This document shows, piece after piece, positions 10,061 to 17,841 of a DNA stretch of 64,000 nt (its first letter is position 1; each line of letters opens with the position of its first letter). Location: positions 3,552,001-3,616,000 of the forward strand of contig OZ242358.1 in the NCBI GenBank assembly GCA_965208835.1. Direction: 5' to 3'. The position numbers and the translations under genes are program-made. The stretch is from Candidatus Latescibacterota bacterium. Lineage in GTDB: Bacteria > Latescibacterota > UBA2968 > GCA-2709665. The notes beneath the pieces are model-generated. The model saw only the letters and a program-made list of their open reading frames with translations, was not told where the DNA came from and did not search any database.

Positions 10061-11145
10061 GACTCGACCCTCTGATTCTCGACCAGCTGCCCCTCGGGCC
10101 CCAGCAGATTCTGGTACGCCCGCGTATTTCCGCCGGCCCGCACGACGTTTTCGGGCAGGGGGCTGAGGCAACGGTTATGGTGAATGCGGGCATCCTGGCA
10201 CGGCGCACCCCGAATCGCCACGCTGCGTACGTGCTGGGCGATAAACGTGTTGTGATGGATGTCCATCCAGTCTCCTGAGATCTCGGTCGCGTCTCCCCGA
10301 TCCTGCCCGCCGTGCATGTCGAACAGGTGACCGTTGGCATGATCCAGACAGATATTGTAACGGGCCTCGTAGCCGGAACCGGGCGTTCCGCTGGACGCGA
10401 TATGGTGTCTGCACCAGTCAAACAGATTCGCCTCGACCAGGACGGTAGCGCCGTTGATGCTGACGCCGTAGCCCAGGCCGCCTTTCTGATTGTGGTGGAT
10501 GAAGTTGTGGTGCACGTATCCCCTGGTCGCACCGTCGTCGAACCGGGTGGCTGCCACGCTGAAGCCGCGGATCTCGCAATTGTCGATCTCCAGCGCGAAG
10601 TGGGAGGTGAGAATTCCGTTGGATGTATGCGCCGCCCGGTCGCGGTGGGGGTAGGGTCCCCGAAAACGCAGCCCCGTTACACGAATGCAATCCCCTTCCG
10701 TCCGCAAGAGAAAGGGCGTATCCGGCGCGTTTGAATAGACCAGACCTCCCGCCGAGCCGTCCGTGCCGCGGTCACCGGCCAGCGTCACCGCTTCCGGAAT
10801 CCCGAGACCCGGCCGCCCGCTCATGTCGATCCGGACGTCAGCCGGTACGAAGACCACGTCGCCCGCCGCCGCTTCTTTAAGCGCCAGCGCCAGTTCTTCG
10901 TAACTGCGGACGGAACGGTCGCGGGTCTTGACGACGTCCGCGTAGCCATCGCCTCCGCCTATCGGATTCCCCGTGGGGTTGCATTCCGCACCGAATGTCT
11001 CCGCCGCCCGGCCCTCCCGGTCTTCTTCGTCCGCCCAACGCGCCGTACGCGCCGTGAGTATCCCCCCGCCCGACTCTCGTTCGATCAAAACCACTGAAAC
11101 ACCTCCCGTCTTCAACGGTACAGGACATTCTTTGGGACAGGACAC
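10057..11145 (-). CDS. Right-handed parallel beta-helix (pectin lyase-like) protein; start uncertain (possibly 11094)
   Basis: Repeated IDNCEI, VHHNFIHHN, VEANLF, IHHNTF beta-helix motifs. Confidence 0.75.
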   Translation of the reverse strand: MSCPKECPVPLKTGGVSVVLIERESGGGILTARTARWADEEDREGRAAETFGAECNPTGNPIGGGDGYADVVKTRDRSVRSYEELALALKEAAAGDVVFVPADVRIDMSGRPGLGIPEAVTLAGDRGTDGSAGGLVYSNAPDTPFLLRTEGDCIRVTGLRFRGPYPHRDRAAHTSNGILTSHFALEIDNCEIRGFSVAATRFDDGATRGYVHHNFIHHNQKGGLGYGVSINGATVLVEANLFDWCRHHIASSGTPGSGYEARYNICLDHANGHLFDMHGGQDRGDATEISGDWMDIHHNTFIAQHVRSVAIRGAPCQDARIHHNRCLSPLPENVVRAGGNTRAYQNLLGPEGQLVENQRVES

Positions 11146-12327
11146 TTAGTCCAACACCCCGCAAAAATCCATCGCCATCAGCGCATAGACCCTTGCGGCT
11201 GCCTCGATGCGGGCCACCGACACCCACTCGTCGTCGGAATGGGCCGTCTCGTTCGACGGACCGTAGTAAAAAGTGGGCACCCCGGTCTCGTTCATATAGA
11301 TATTGGCATCGCCCACCAGCCGTCTTCCCACGTACCTGACGTCCGCGCCAACCACCTCCCGGTGGGCCGCGGCCGCAGCCTGAACCGCAGGGTCGTCCCG
11401 CGGTGTTTCGAACGGCTCCCGCTGGAGCGCCATGTCGACGGTGAGCTTCATCTCCCCCGCCCTGGCGAACGGCTCGGCCATCGACTCCAGTTCAATCAGT
11501 ATCGAAGACATTGTCTTTCCCGGCAGCCAGCGCCGTGTCCCCGTAAGCACGCACCGGCCAGGCGTCCGGTTGAAATAGTCGCCGGCATGAACGATGCCCA
11601 GATCGATCCGTTCCGGTCCGGCCAGCGGATGGACGTCTCCGGCATCCAGTTCCAGCTGGCGTTCGGTTATTCTCCGGATCAGGTCGCCCACATGGCGAAT
11701 CGGGTTTTCCGGGAACGGCACGTAATTCGTATGGGTGCCGCCGCGTTCGGATGTCAGCGTTATCGTAAACACCATCGATCCCATACTCATCACCCAGAGT
11801 TCGTCTCCGCCCTCCACGATGAGAATACGGTCGCACTTGAGGCGTCCGCTGTTCACGTCCGCCACGAGCGCCAGGGGGCCGTCTTTCTCCGCCTCGGGCT
11901 CCTCGTGGCCGACCACGCCGCTGACCAGCAGATCGCCCCTGAGCCGCACGTCCGCCTCCTGCAACGCCTTTGCCGCACCCAGCATGGCCGCAACGCCACC
12001 CTTCATATCCGTCGAACCACGCCCAAAGATGCGGTCGCCCACCCGCCGCACCGGGGTGCAGTCGCCAACGGGAATCGTATCCAGGTGTCCGTTCAGCAGC
12101 AGCGCCGGACCGTCGTTCGTGCCACGGATCCCCGCGTACAGATTCCGCCGTCCCGGCGTCACTTCGTGCGCGTCCACGTCGAACCCCAGATCGGCCAACT
12201 GCGCCTCAAAGCAGGCACAGACTTCGGCTTCCTCGCACGTGACGCTGGGAATCTCGACCAGCCTGAGCGCCTGCTCGGCCATCCACTCCCCGTCTATGGC
12301 ATTCAGAACCGCCTCTCGCGCGCTCAT
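11146..12327 (-). CDS. M20 family metallopeptidase/deacylase (ArgE/DapE-like)
   Basis: LLNGHLDT, GRGSTDMKGG, HEE and AHSDDE metal motifs; start trimmed to MSAREAV. Confidence 0.9.
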   Translation of the reverse strand: MSAREAVLNAIDGEWMAEQALRLVEIPSVTCEEAEVCACFEAQLADLGFDVDAHEVTPGRRNLYAGIRGTNDGPALLLNGHLDTIPVGDCTPVRRVGDRIFGRGSTDMKGGVAAMLGAAKALQEADVRLRGDLLVSGVVGHEEPEAEKDGPLALVADVNSGRLKCDRILIVEGGDELWVMSMGSMVFTITLTSERGGTHTNYVPFPENPIRHVGDLIRRITERQLELDAGDVHPLAGPERIDLGIVHAGDYFNRTPGRCVLTGTRRWLPGKTMSSILIELESMAEPFARAGEMKLTVDMALQREPFETPRDDPAVQAAAAAHREVVGADVRYVGRRLVGDANIYMNETGVPTFYYGPSNETAHSDDEWVSVARIEAAARVYALMAMDFCGVLD

Positions 12328-12328
12328 T

Positions 12329-13060
12329 TCAGACCTCACCACAGGCATGGACAAATGCGTCCGACGTGGATGTATAGCCGACATTCGCTTCGATGAACCG
12401 GATCCCGAAGAAATCCGCCAACCCTTCTGCCTGGGTTTCCGGATAGTCAACGGTACTGCAACAATCCCGAAGCACGATCACCCGGTAATTCCGGTACATG
12501 GCCTCGGTAACCGTCGTGCCAAGACAGATCCGCGTGTCGAACCCGACCGTCACCAGGTTATAGATGCCCAGACTTCGCAGCAGTGAATCCAGGTGCGTCT
12601 CGAAGAACCCGCTGTACATCTGTTTCTTTACCACGTAATCGCCGGCGTCCGGTGCGATCACATCCGAAAACGCGAGGATGTCATTCGGTTCCGGCCACGC
12701 ATCCAGAACATCCACACCGCAGGTCCGGATGGACATATTGCGCCATTCCGTCTGATCGTTGGTGGAAGGCGCCAGGTAATTCGTCACGTAGACCACCGGG
12801 AGCCCGAGGCGCTTTGCCGCGTCTTTTGCAGGACGGATATGGTCCACCACAATCTCGCGGTTCTTCAACACGGCGGCACGATACAACTCCGGGACGTTCC
12901 CCGGATCGTGGTCGGGGTCATAACCCTTTCCGTAGACATCCACCAGGAAAAACGCCGTATTGTCCAGACCCAGCTCAAGCGCCTCTTCCGCATGGCCGAG
13001 ATGCCGTCCGGGCGGGTGCTGCCGGTAATACCTGCCTTTCAAGCGGATCTTGCTCGACAT
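12329..13060 (-). CDS. Isochorismatase/cysteine hydrolase family protein
   Basis: FLVDV, KKQMYSGFFETHLDSLLR and GFDTRICL (Asp-Lys-Cys triad). Confidence 0.88.
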   Translation of the reverse strand: MSSKIRLKGRYYRQHPPGRHLGHAEEALELGLDNTAFFLVDVYGKGYDPDHDPGNVPELYRAAVLKNREIVVDHIRPAKDAAKRLGLPVVYVTNYLAPSTNDQTEWRNMSIRTCGVDVLDAWPEPNDILAFSDVIAPDAGDYVVKKQMYSGFFETHLDSLLRSLGIYNLVTVGFDTRICLGTTVTEAMYRNYRVIVLRDCCSTVDYPETQAEGLADFFGIRFIEANVGYTSTSDAFVHACGEV

Positions 13061-13075
13061 CGACGCCTCCAGCGG

Positions 13076-14059
13076 TCAGTGTGTCTCCACGGTTACCGGG
13101 GTCTTGCTCTCCAGGGACCGGTAGGCGGCCTCGGAGAGCCGGGCGACCTGCAGGGCAAAGTCGGGGGCTTCGTACCCCTTTCCGCCGCTCCTGATCCAAT
13201 CGAAGAACGCCGCGTCGGGCGTGGTCTCGCGTATCCGATCGGGAATCGTCATCGGTTCGTCGTTCACCAGCACCGCCTTCACGTGCCACTTGTAAAGGTG
13301 GAAGACGATGGATCCTTCCGCGCCGTGGATAGCAATGCGCTCGTCGTGCTCGATCGCATTGCCGAACGTGCTGATTGTGCCCAGAGCCCCGCCCTCGAAC
13401 CTTACGTTCAGTACCGCGTTGACATCCACCGCCTTGCCGTCGCAATCCATCAGTGCCGAGACTTCCACCGGCACCAGTCCGGTTATCCAGAGCGTGGACG
13501 CGACCAGGTGGCTGCCAGTATCCATAAACATCCCGCCACCGGAAAGTTCCGGATCCAGGCGCCATCCCTTCACACGTCCCCAATTCTGGGTCACGTAGGA
13601 CACCACCCCGCGCAACTCGCCAATATGCCCTTTCCGAACCAGTTCACGGGCGTACACGTGGGGCGCGAAGTAATTCCGCTGATAGCTCACCTGCAGAAAC
13701 CGTTCTTTCTCCGTCGCCAGGTCGATCAAGGCCCGCGTATGCCTTGAAGAAACCGTCAACGGCTTTTCCACCAGCACGTGCAATCCGGCTTCCAACCCGA
13801 GCCGCGCCTGCTCGAAGTGCATTGAATGCGGTGAACTGATAAAGATCGCGTCGAGCGCCTCCTCCTGAACCATGCGGCGATAGTCCTCGTAATGGGCGAC
13901 TTCTTCGCCGTATCGATCCATCAACAGACGGGCCTGCTCCAATACCGGATCCGCCACGCATACCAGCTTCACGTCCTCCTCTGCCTGAATCCGCGGCACG
14001 TGCGCGCCGCGCATATTGCCGCCGCAACCGATCAGACCCAGACGAATCGCTTCAGCCAT
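13076..14059 (-). CDS. Gfo/Idh/MocA family oxidoreductase
   Basis: IGCGG, HVLVEKP, GGGMFMDTGSH. Confidence 0.92.
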   Translation of the reverse strand: MAEAIRLGLIGCGGNMRGAHVPRIQAEEDVKLVCVADPVLEQARLLMDRYGEEVAHYEDYRRMVQEEALDAIFISSPHSMHFEQARLGLEAGLHVLVEKPLTVSSRHTRALIDLATEKERFLQVSYQRNYFAPHVYARELVRKGHIGELRGVVSYVTQNWGRVKGWRLDPELSGGGMFMDTGSHLVASTLWITGLVPVEVSALMDCDGKAVDVNAVLNVRFEGGALGTISTFGNAIEHDERIAIHGAEGSIVFHLYKWHVKAVLVNDEPMTIPDRIRETTPDAAFFDWIRSGGKGYEAPDFALQVARLSEAAYRSLESKTPVTVETH

Positions 14060-14075
14060 TCCACCCTCCATCGTG

Positions 14076-14921
14076 TCATTTGTTCTCCCCACTCGACACA
14101 CCCAGGCACGACCTCACATACTCCAGATTCCTGAGACTGTTCGCTGCCAGCCCCTCGAACCCAAGGTCGGCCACTTCGAACGCATCCGGGCTGATGTCCA
14201 GATGCGTCTCGACCACGACAAAGCCGCTGTACCCCTCGGCGGAAAGGGCGTGCAGCTGTCCCGGCCAGTCCACGATCCCCTCCTCCGCCAGGGACCAGGC
14301 GCCCGTGCCCGGATCGAAATTCTTCACGTGCACGTGGGATACCAGATCTCTCAGATCCTCGTATTCCTCCGGGTACGGCGATGCCGTACCGGCCCGGGCG
14401 GAATTACCGGGGTCCCAGCAAAGCGAGATTCTTTCTTCGCCCACCTGTCGAATCAACATGGCTGCCTCGGCGCCTGTCGCCCCCCAGCAGACCGCCTCGT
14501 TCTCCAGCGCCAGACGACAACCCTCCCTCGCCGCGATCTCCGCCATCTGTCCCAGCCGGTCCACAACCGCCGAAGGAGGACGCGCCGCCGCCGTTCGCTC
14601 GAATGCAAAACCGGATACCCGATCGGTGCCCAGTCGCAGCGCCCATTCGCACGCCCGGGGAAGCGATTCGCGCAGGTGTCGGTCGAGTCGGGGATCATCA
14701 AGCGGCCCCTTGAAAAAGCCCGGAGAAACCCCCGAAATGCCCAAACCCGCGTCCTGGACGCACGCGTGGAAGGCTGCCAGCTCATTGTCGTCTACGGCCG
14801 GGAACCGGCCACCAGCAAGCTGACGCACCTCCATGTGCGAGACCCCCCACTTTGCCGCAAGGGAAATCGCGCGCGCCGGATCGTACCGATCGATTTCATC
14901 CGCAAAGATCGAAATCTTCAC
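14076..14921 (-). CDS. Sugar phosphate isomerase/epimerase (xylose isomerase-like TIM barrel)
   Basis: LALENE, WDPGN, HVHVKN and VVETH metal ligands. Confidence 0.88.
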   Translation of the reverse strand: MKISIFADEIDRYDPARAISLAAKWGVSHMEVRQLAGGRFPAVDDNELAAFHACVQDAGLGISGVSPGFFKGPLDDPRLDRHLRESLPRACEWALRLGTDRVSGFAFERTAAARPPSAVVDRLGQMAEIAAREGCRLALENEAVCWGATGAEAAMLIRQVGEERISLCWDPGNSARAGTASPYPEEYEDLRDLVSHVHVKNFDPGTGAWSLAEEGIVDWPGQLHALSAEGYSGFVVVETHLDISPDAFEVADLGFEGLAANSLRNLEYVRSCLGVSSGENK

Positions 14922-14941
14922 TTTCCGCTCCTCGGCGCCAC

Positions 14942-15030
14942 TAACCTTGATTCGTAAGTTTGTGTGGACGTTAATTCGAATAAGTGCCAGTTAATTAAGG
15001 CGATTAGAAGGCGGATTACCCGGATACACC
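14942..15030. repeat. Dispersed repeat family C, copy 1 (89 bp, AT-rich)
   Basis: Ungapped match to 57531-57619 with 11 mismatches in 89 by manual count. Confidence 0.85.
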
Positions 15031-15197
15031 AGGTCACTGGATGCGAACGGAAAAAATGTCCTTCCGGACGACCTCAAAACCCCGATTTACACCGGTACCT
15101 TCTGTGCATTTTGTGCCTTTTGTGGCCAATTTCACTCTTGTGTTTGTAGAGTCGAGGCTAACCATCGCACCGGTTTCGCACATTTCCGATTGTCATT

Positions 15198-15989
15198 TCA
15201 GGAATCCTGCGGCCCCACAGTCTGCAGTGCCTCAATCATCTCTGTCGAAGTGACCGAATATTTCCCGAACATCTCCAGAAACAGAATCGCACCGCGGGTC
15301 TGCCACAACCCGTCCTGTGATTCGAACGACTCCATACCCGTCCCGCAGTCCCGCAGGATGATGACCTCGTAGCCGCGCTTGCTCATTTCAATCGTGCCGT
15401 AATCGCGCAGGAGGATGCACGCGTTGGTATTGAACCCGAGAAAGAACAGGAACAGGATCCCCTCGCGTTCGCAATACCGGTGTAACTCTTCTCCGTTGTA
15501 GATGACAACCTCTCCGTCACCCACATGAACCAGCGGATGCATCCGGCGTCTGGAACGCATTTCGGCAATTTCCGGCTCTCTCGGCTCGTCGGGTCTGGCA
15601 TAGGCTGCATACGCTCCGGACTTGGATTTGAACTCCCGGGGCGGCCACGTTTCCCCCGAACCGGCCGGCTTCGACGGATCGTCGATCAGCCTCACCCAGG
15701 CCGGATGATGTTCGGCCAGACCCGGCGCCGGCGCGTGGATCAGCCGCAGCCCGGCCTCGCGGCAGGCCGCGAGCAACGGCACGATACGCGCCTCCACGAT
15801 CGCGTCCGCACGCTGTGCCGGTTCCTTCAGGTAATGCTCTTCCCACACGTCCACCAGCACGAGTGCGGACTGCGAGAGCGGTACGCGCCAGTCGAGGTAT
15901 GCGTAGTCCGTGTTCTTCTCTTCCCACGGCACGCCAGGGTCCACGTGCCACCGGTAATACCTGGGCCTGATTTTCAGTTCCCTATCCAT
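15198..15989 (-). CDS. Isochorismatase family protein (divergent paralogue)
   Basis: LVLVDVW, GFNTNACI, GYEVIILRDC; N-terminal RYYR shared with 12329-13060. Confidence 0.8.
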   Translation of the reverse strand: MDRELKIRPRYYRWHVDPGVPWEEKNTDYAYLDWRVPLSQSALVLVDVWEEHYLKEPAQRADAIVEARIVPLLAACREAGLRLIHAPAPGLAEHHPAWVRLIDDPSKPAGSGETWPPREFKSKSGAYAAYARPDEPREPEIAEMRSRRRMHPLVHVGDGEVVIYNGEELHRYCEREGILFLFFLGFNTNACILLRDYGTIEMSKRGYEVIILRDCGTGMESFESQDGLWQTRGAILFLEMFGKYSVTSTEMIEALQTVGPQDS

Positions 15990-16071
15990 AGTGGCTCCAT
16001 CGTTGAGGGTCATCGTAAAGCGGGACTGCGCCTTCATAGCGTTCCAGGTCCCGCAAGTCCGTCGAATAGTG

Positions 16072-16878
16072 CTACGAGTCCGCCGTCAGCGTCACGGTGT
16101 CTCTCCCTTCCAGACCGGCGACGACGGGAAACGTCTTCCTGCGAGGACCCATTTTTCCCGGCACATACCGCACCGAAGGCGGGAAATAGGCATACAGCGC
16201 GGTGTGACGCGGGCGAGGAGACGTATTTGGACCGGATCCGTGAACTGCCAATGAGTGGAATAACACGGCGTCACCCGCATTCAGGGGTACGTCGGTTTTC
16301 CCGGAAAGATCCACGTCATTCCGATCTGTCAGGGACTCATTCTGACGACGGGCGATGTGACCCCAGGCCTGAAGCCCCCACTTGTGGCTACCGGACAGGA
16401 CCTGGATACACCCGTTTTCCGGACTGGCGTCTGTCAGAGCGATACTCACCGTTACCAACGCCGGGGGCTGCATCGGCCAGTACGCCGAATCCTGATGCAA
16501 CCCGTGCGACGACCCGTGGTAGGCGGGTTTGAGCATCAGCGTACTCCGAAACAGTAGCAGGTCAGGACCGAGAAGCGACCCGACGAGGCGAATAAGCTTC
16601 GGATGCTCAGCCAGATCCCTGAAGACCCCGGATAATTCTCCCGTCTGTTCGATTTTTCGCAATACAGGCAGACCCGCTCGCGTCGCGTTTCCTGCGAATG
16701 GCTCGAGTTGAAAGCGCTCTGCCGCGGGATCGCCGCGCGCATCCAGCTCCACCGCCAGCCGATGCAACCGCTCGATCTCCCGCTCACATACGGCTACCTC
16801 ATCCGCGGAAAGCAGTGCCTTCGCCACGAGATAGCCATCTTCCTCGAATCGGGTTCTCTTAGCGTCCGGTTCCATCAT
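16072..16878 (-). CDS. Phytanoyl-CoA dioxygenase (PhyH) family 2OG-Fe(II) oxygenase
   Basis: FEEDGYL, HQD, ENGCIQVLSGSH, HGSGPN.S..PR. Confidence 0.92.
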   Translation of the reverse strand: MMEPDAKRTRFEEDGYLVAKALLSADEVAVCEREIERLHRLAVELDARGDPAAERFQLEPFAGNATRAGLPVLRKIEQTGELSGVFRDLAEHPKLIRLVGSLLGPDLLLFRSTLMLKPAYHGSSHGLHQDSAYWPMQPPALVTVSIALTDASPENGCIQVLSGSHKWGLQAWGHIARRQNESLTDRNDVDLSGKTDVPLNAGDAVLFHSLAVHGSGPNTSPRPRHTALYAYFPPSVRYVPGKMGPRRKTFPVVAGLEGRDTVTLTADS

Positions 16879-16916
16879 TGCCCTGCTGAAATGGGTATGC
16901 CGCCTGCATCGACAAA

Positions 16917-16945
16917 ACCGTACAAAACGAAACCGGCTCTGTCAA
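16917..16945 (-). promoter_or_regulatory. Putative sigma70 promoter for the PhyH/isochorismatase genes
   Basis: Minus strand TTGACA-17 bp-TACGGT. Confidence 0.5.
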
Positions 16946-17146
16946 ATACAAAACCACAAGGCGGTCAGAGAATCTGAGTTGGAACGACCTTAGTCAGCGC
17001 ACTTCGACCGGCGGGCTGCCAGTCAAGCCGCAGCGTTTCGCATTACCTGTCACGTTTCGAATCTTTCCGCAGCACAACGCCTTTCCCGCAAGCCCATGTG
17101 GGCAGCAAAATCGTCAGCTGTCGTGATTTCAATTCCGTGTATTTCG

Positions 17147-17180
17147 TTGACACACATTGTCTCAGTGTGTATCTTACACA
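17147..17180 (+). promoter_or_regulatory. hicAB promoter with overlapping palindromic operator
   Basis: TTGACA(17147)-17 bp-TATCTT(17170); palindromes ACACAC...GTGTGT and TGTGT-N5-ACACA overlap the promoter. Confidence 0.75.
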
Positions 17181-17182
17181 TT

Positions 17183-17377
17183 ATGACGAGTTCCGAGATC
17201 ATTCGAAAGTTGACGCAAGATGGATGGGTTCTGAAAAACACAAAGGGGAGCCACCATCAGTTCACGCATGCGCGGAAGTCCGGCCGGGTTACCGTCAAAC
17301 ATCCGAGCAAGGACATTCCAATCGGAACACTGCGCAACATCTACAGACAAGCCGAATGGCAATGGGAGGACCGCTGA
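17183..17377 (+). CDS. hicA: Type II toxin HicA (64 aa)
   Basis: MTSSEIIRKLTQDGW...KGSHHQF.H...GRVTVKHP.KDIPIGTLRNIYRQA. Confidence 0.93.
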   Translation: MTSSEIIRKLTQDGWVLKNTKGSHHQFTHARKSGRVTVKHPSKDIPIGTLRNIYRQAEWQWEDR

Positions 17378-17799
17378 TGCGATTTCCAGTTGCGATTCAC
17401 AAGGACGCCAGTACCGGATATGGCGTCACCGTGCCGGATCTGCCGGGGTGCTTCTCGGCCGGAGATACGCTGGAAGACGCCATTGTCTCGGCTCACGAGG
17501 CCATCTCCTGCCACATTGAGGGCCTGTTGATGGACGGTGAGCCGATTCCGGAACAGGCGCCCATCGAGACCCACCGGGCTCGCGAAGCCGGAAGCCCCAC
17601 ATGGGCACTCGTATCCGTCGACGTTTCGCGCCTGTCGAGCGCGATCCGGCGGGTTAATATCTCAATGCCGGCGCGTGTGTTGGCCATCGTGGACGAGGCT
17701 GCAGCGCGGGAGGGCGAATCACGTTCGGGTCTGCTAGCGCGCGCGGCCCTCAGCTATATTCATCAAGGTTCCGTTGCGGTTCAACGAGACGAATCTTGA
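17377..17799 (+). CDS. hicB: Type II antitoxin HicB with C-terminal ribbon-helix-helix
   Basis: YGVTVPDLPGCFSAGDTLEDA, RRVNISMP...SRSGLLARAA; TGATG overlap with hicA. Confidence 0.93.
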   Translation: MRFPVAIHKDASTGYGVTVPDLPGCFSAGDTLEDAIVSAHEAISCHIEGLLMDGEPIPEQAPIETHRAREAGSPTWALVSVDVSRLSSAIRRVNISMPARVLAIVDEAAAREGESRSGLLARAALSYIHQGSVAVQRDES

Positions 17800-17841
17800 G
17801 AATCGGATAGGCGCGGGAGTCAACCCCGTCTCAAAGAGACC

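Noticed and set aside
17096-17376. ORF-track starts at 17096/17098 giving a longer HicA and a 233-aa HicB
   Set aside because: They overlap the promoter and hicA; homology begins at 17183 and 17377.
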